Source: an uncultured Gammaproteobacteria bacterium
Lineage (GTDB): Bacteria > Patescibacteriota > Patescibacteriia > UBA1558 > 2-01-FULL-52-15
NCBI GenBank assembly: GCA_964422585.1
Contig: CAYRBH010000002.1
Location: forward strand, 13,428-77,427
DNA length: 64,000 bases
Reading direction: 5' to 3'
Shown: piece after piece, positions 60,850 to 64,000 of the stretch
How positions within the stretch are numbered: the first letter of the stretch is position 1
Layout of the letters: each line of letters begins with the position of its first letter
Notes under the pieces: generated by a model
The model's input: only the letters and a program-made list of their open reading frames with translations
Database searches by the model: none
What the model was told of the DNA's origin: nothing
Translations under genes and position numbers: made by a program

Positions 60850-62498
60850 ATATTCGATCAGCCTATCAGTATGTGAGGCGAGTAACGCGGGAGCATTGGT
60901 TGTATGGTGTAGCGTCAGTAACATTCGTGCTGCTCACAAGTATGGGACAGTTGAACTTTGCCGTGCATACGCCGGCAGGGTATGCGTATACTGGCGCGAA
61001 TCCCTACACTGCTGCTGACAAGATGGTCTATAAGAATATGATACAGCAGGGAAGGGAGGGGATACTGTTCATGCGCAATGTGCATACGACCGATCCGCAG
61101 CATGGACGTATGCTCTCGCCAGTATGGTATGTGATAGGGCAGACTGGGGCTTGGTTCAACCTGACGAACAATGCGGCTTACCAGATCTACCGAGTTCTTT
61201 TCACGCTTATCTTTTGCTGGCTGCTATATTTATTTTTGGCGCAGCTCTTTGTTCATGAAGTCGAGCGGGTCATCGCCGGTCTTTTCGTCTATTTTTCCGG
61301 AGGGTTTGGCTGGCTCTATCTGATCACGCATCCGTGGCTCCTACAGGCGTCGAGTCAGATAAAATTTTTCTTTTCGCCGGTTGATCTGTATGTTACTGAG
61401 GGGAATACCTTATTGAATTTCGCTCAAGCGCCTTTGTTCAGTTTTTCGCAGGTCGCCTTAGTCGCGAGCGCGTTCATCTTTGTCAGGTATCGAGAGAAGG
61501 TTAATTGGCTCTGGGATAGCGTGAACGCTGCCATCATACTGGTGCTCGGTACTATGCATCCCTATGATATGCCTATTGTCTTCGCCGTCTTAGGCTCATG
61601 GACGGTGTGGCATATCTATACTTCTGGCTCATGGTTGAGCTTGAAGCGTTTCATGTTATTGGGTTGCGCCGCGCTCATAACTATTGCCTATAATTTCTAC
61701 GCGCTTTTCAGTGAGCCGGTCTTGCGATCATGGTATGAGCAGAACCTGGTGTATTCGCCGCTCATAACGAACTACCTCTGGGGATATGGATTGCTCCTAC
61801 CCTTAGCGCTCGTGGGATTGTTCATGATGGGCACACAGAAGAAGCATGATCCATGGTGGGCGATGATCTTGATTTGGTGCGCTATCATACCGCTGCTCTT
61901 ATATCTTCCGCTCGATGTGAATAGGCGCTTCATCAATGGCTGGCATATTGTTTTGGCGATAACGGCCTATGCTGGATGCAGCTACCTTTTCCGCGCGATA
62001 CACAGGCAATGGCTTCGGGTAATCTACGTGCTTATCCTTGCTGTGGCGCTCGGCAGTTCTCTTGGTCTGTATTTTGTTATCAATCTCTATTTTGAACCGA
62101 GCGCGTATGGGTATGGCTACTACTATATCACGCCAGATGAGAAGCAGGTGATAGATTTTCTGCGAGGTGCAACGACGGTGAATGATCACCTGCTGACTTC
62201 AGACATGAAAACATCGTTCACGCTCACCAGCGAATTGAATCGGCTCGTCTTTCGCGGACATGATCATCAGACACCGCAGGCGCCGCTGAAACAGCAGCAG
62301 ATGGATTGGTTCTTTTCAGAGCCGGAAACCTCGGCGAGTCTTGAGTTGCGCAAGAACTTTTTACAACAAGAGACGATATCTTATATCGTCGTTAGCTCAC
62401 TTCGGTTAGGGCATGAAGTGCAGTGGCTTGAGACAGCGCCTTTCGTGAAGAAAGTTATGAACGCAGGGCCGCTCACGGTCTATCGCGTTGTATTGTAA
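60846..62498 (+). CDS. GT-C-like polytopic membrane protein (paralog B)
   Basis: Same motifs as paralog A; ATGA overlap with it. Confidence 0.65.
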   Translation: MNIRSAYQYVRRVTREHWLYGVASVTFVLLTSMGQLNFAVHTPAGYAYTGANPYTAADKMVYKNMIQQGREGILFMRNVHTTDPQHGRMLSPVWYVIGQTGAWFNLTNNAAYQIYRVLFTLIFCWLLYLFLAQLFVHEVERVIAGLFVYFSGGFGWLYLITHPWLLQASSQIKFFFSPVDLYVTEGNTLLNFAQAPLFSFSQVALVASAFIFVRYREKVNWLWDSVNAAIILVLGTMHPYDMPIVFAVLGSWTVWHIYTSGSWLSLKRFMLLGCAALITIAYNFYALFSEPVLRSWYEQNLVYSPLITNYLWGYGLLLPLALVGLFMMGTQKKHDPWWAMILIWCAIIPLLLYLPLDVNRRFINGWHIVLAITAYAGCSYLFRAIHRQWLRVIYVLILAVALGSSLGLYFVINLYFEPSAYGYGYYYITPDEKQVIDFLRGATTVNDHLLTSDMKTSFTLTSELNRLVFRGHDHQTPQAPLKQQQMDWFFSEPETSASLELRKNFLQQETISYIVVSSLRLGHEVQWLETAPFVKKVMNAGPLTVYRVVL

Positions 62499-64000
62499 CT
62501 GTAACTACTGATTTCTGTGGCATCGCTCGTCGGATGGATGCTCTTGATCCCGCTCAACTCAATCGATCCTTTGCTCCAGGCATAGAGCCGCAGCATAATA
62601 TTTTTCGTGGCCGGACCAATGAATACAGGCATGTGTACGGTAGACGCTCCGTCGAGCTCGCCAATTCCAAACAGATCGTACCCGAGCGGTAGGCGGAATG
62701 TTTCGCTAGCGTCAGACACTTCAAGGTAGTAGTATTTCTGGGTGTTTGTCTTTTGCGGCAGAGCGATCGTTACGGCGATATGATCAGCATCTGGCGATAC
62801 TTGCGTGATAGTCGCTGCAGCGTCCGCGGTTTGAGAAGTATGCCGTAGTGCGGCAAGCTGCTGTACTGTGCCGGCATCAGTAGCTCGTTGTAATACATAG
62901 ATAGGACCTTCTGCTCTAATGATAGAAAATTGAGATAGTATAGTTCGAAGATTTTTGGGTACCGTATCTGCATACGGACTGAAAGCGGCGTTTTGACTGA
63001 AATGCATCTGCGCTAATACCATTTCATCCCAATCAATAAGCAGATACTCGGTGTTTTCCGGCAGCGCATACTCACTCAATGCGAATTGATTTTTACCGAT
63101 CGCGGCATAAGGGAATAAGTACACATACTGTCGACTAGAAACGGTCGGTAGCAGGGAGTAGGTCGTAGCGACTGCAGCATCGCTAGGCAGTGCAGCAAGC
63201 ATATGCTCTTTAGCAACTAGCTCATGCGGCTTCTGCCACCAAGCAAGAGCGGTCGAGATCGATCCATAGGTCGCGGCAGCATAGAGTGCGGCACAAGCGA
63301 TGATCGCAGAGAGTACGCGTCGTGAGCGGAGTTCTACCGGCAGCCATCCAGGAAGTTTTGTGAAGTCGAAATCTCGTACCTGCAGCGCGAATAAGAGGAA
63401 CAGTATGGCAACAAGGTAACCGGCATAGTAGGTGCCGAGTATGAGTCCGCTTCCTCCGAAACCTGCCAGCAGTATTTGCGCCGCAGGAGGAATGAGTAGC
63501 AGGGAGTATCGATTCCGGAATGAGACAAAGAAGAAGAACGGGAACAATAACCCAAGCACGAATTCCAGGTTATACCAGGTGGTGAGATGCGCGAGTACTT
63601 GGATCGGATGCAGGGCGAAACTCGCGATGATGGACCAGAGAGTAGTGCCCCCGAGCCAGTCATAGTAGCGTAAAAATTTATACGAATTCTGTGGCGCATA
63701 GAGACTGATCGTCCAGAAGGCAAGAATGCCCCATGCCGCCGAAGAAAGGATTGGATAGAGCTTCCAGAATAGTGATCGTTTATCCAGCAGGGCCAGTATG
63801 CTGAATACAAAAAAGATACAGACGAAGTCTTCGCGCATGCCGAGAGTGAAGAGAGAAGCAATGATGAAGAGGGTTGGTTTCTCTTTGAGATAGGCCCAGA
63901 TCGTCCAGAGTAGCCCCAGCACAGCAAAGGACATAAGCTCGAACTCAAAGAAATTCATATTATGTACCAGAGGATTCACCAGCCAGAGCATGCTGATGAA
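62480..64000 (-). CDS. DUF2079-like membrane protein, 5'-truncated by the window edge
   Basis: NP..H.MN.FEF, RED and RY.WLG motifs; multiple TM helices. Confidence 0.6.
   Translation of the reverse strand, partial: FISMLWLVNPLVHNMNFFEFELMSFAVLGLLWTIWAYLKEKPTLFIIASLFTLGMREDFVCIFFVFSILALLDKRSLFWKLYPILSSAAWGILAFWTISLYAPQNSYKFLRYYDWLGGTTLWSIIASFALHPIQVLAHLTTWYNLEFVLGLLFPFFFFVSFRNRYSLLLIPPAAQILLAGFGGSGLILGTYYAGYLVAILFLLFALQVRDFDFTKLPGWLPVELRSRRVLSAIIACAALYAAATYGSISTALAWWQKPHELVAKEHMLAALPSDAAVATTYSLLPTVSSRQYVYLFPYAAIGKNQFALSEYALPENTEYLLIDWDEMVLAQMHFSQNAAFSPYADTVPKNLRTILSQFSIIRAEGPIYVLQRATDAGTVQQLAALRHTSQTADAAATITQVSPDADHIAVTIALPQKTNTQKYYYLEVSDASETFRLPLGYDLFGIGELDGASTVHMPVFIGPATKNIMLRLYAWSKGSIELSGIKSIHPTSDATEISSYSYNTTR

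Overview
This is a bacterial chromosomal window spanning the likely replication origin (dnaN-dnaA // rpmH-rnpA-yidD-yidC). Compact gene content, a short YidC, a bactofilin, HppA, a GH57/GlgA/GalT glycogen cluster, a pilin, many GT-C-like membrane proteins and mostly SD-less genes suggest a Patescibacteria/CPR genome (inference). Three tRNAs are present (Arg-CCT, Gly-GCC, Leu-TAA). Visibly GC-richer genes with strong Shine-Dalgarno sites are interspersed among the core genes: a secreted pair at 12.6-14.1 kb, guaB-purA, an orphan ParB-like gene plus an extra sigma-70, MazG-like-purD, pyrF-pyrE and a pseudo-receiver. Most share a promoter -> hairpin -> boxA-like leader. The most striking unexplained signal is a ~950-nt, ORF-poor, densely base-paired transcription unit at 44786-45744. 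It has its own promoter and terminator and lies directly upstream of the ParB-like/sigma operon, so it is a candidate new large ncRNA. Two further promoter- and terminator-bounded ncRNA candidates lie at ~54738-54998 (-) and ~31680-31797 (-). All folding and motif calls were made by eye and are unverified.
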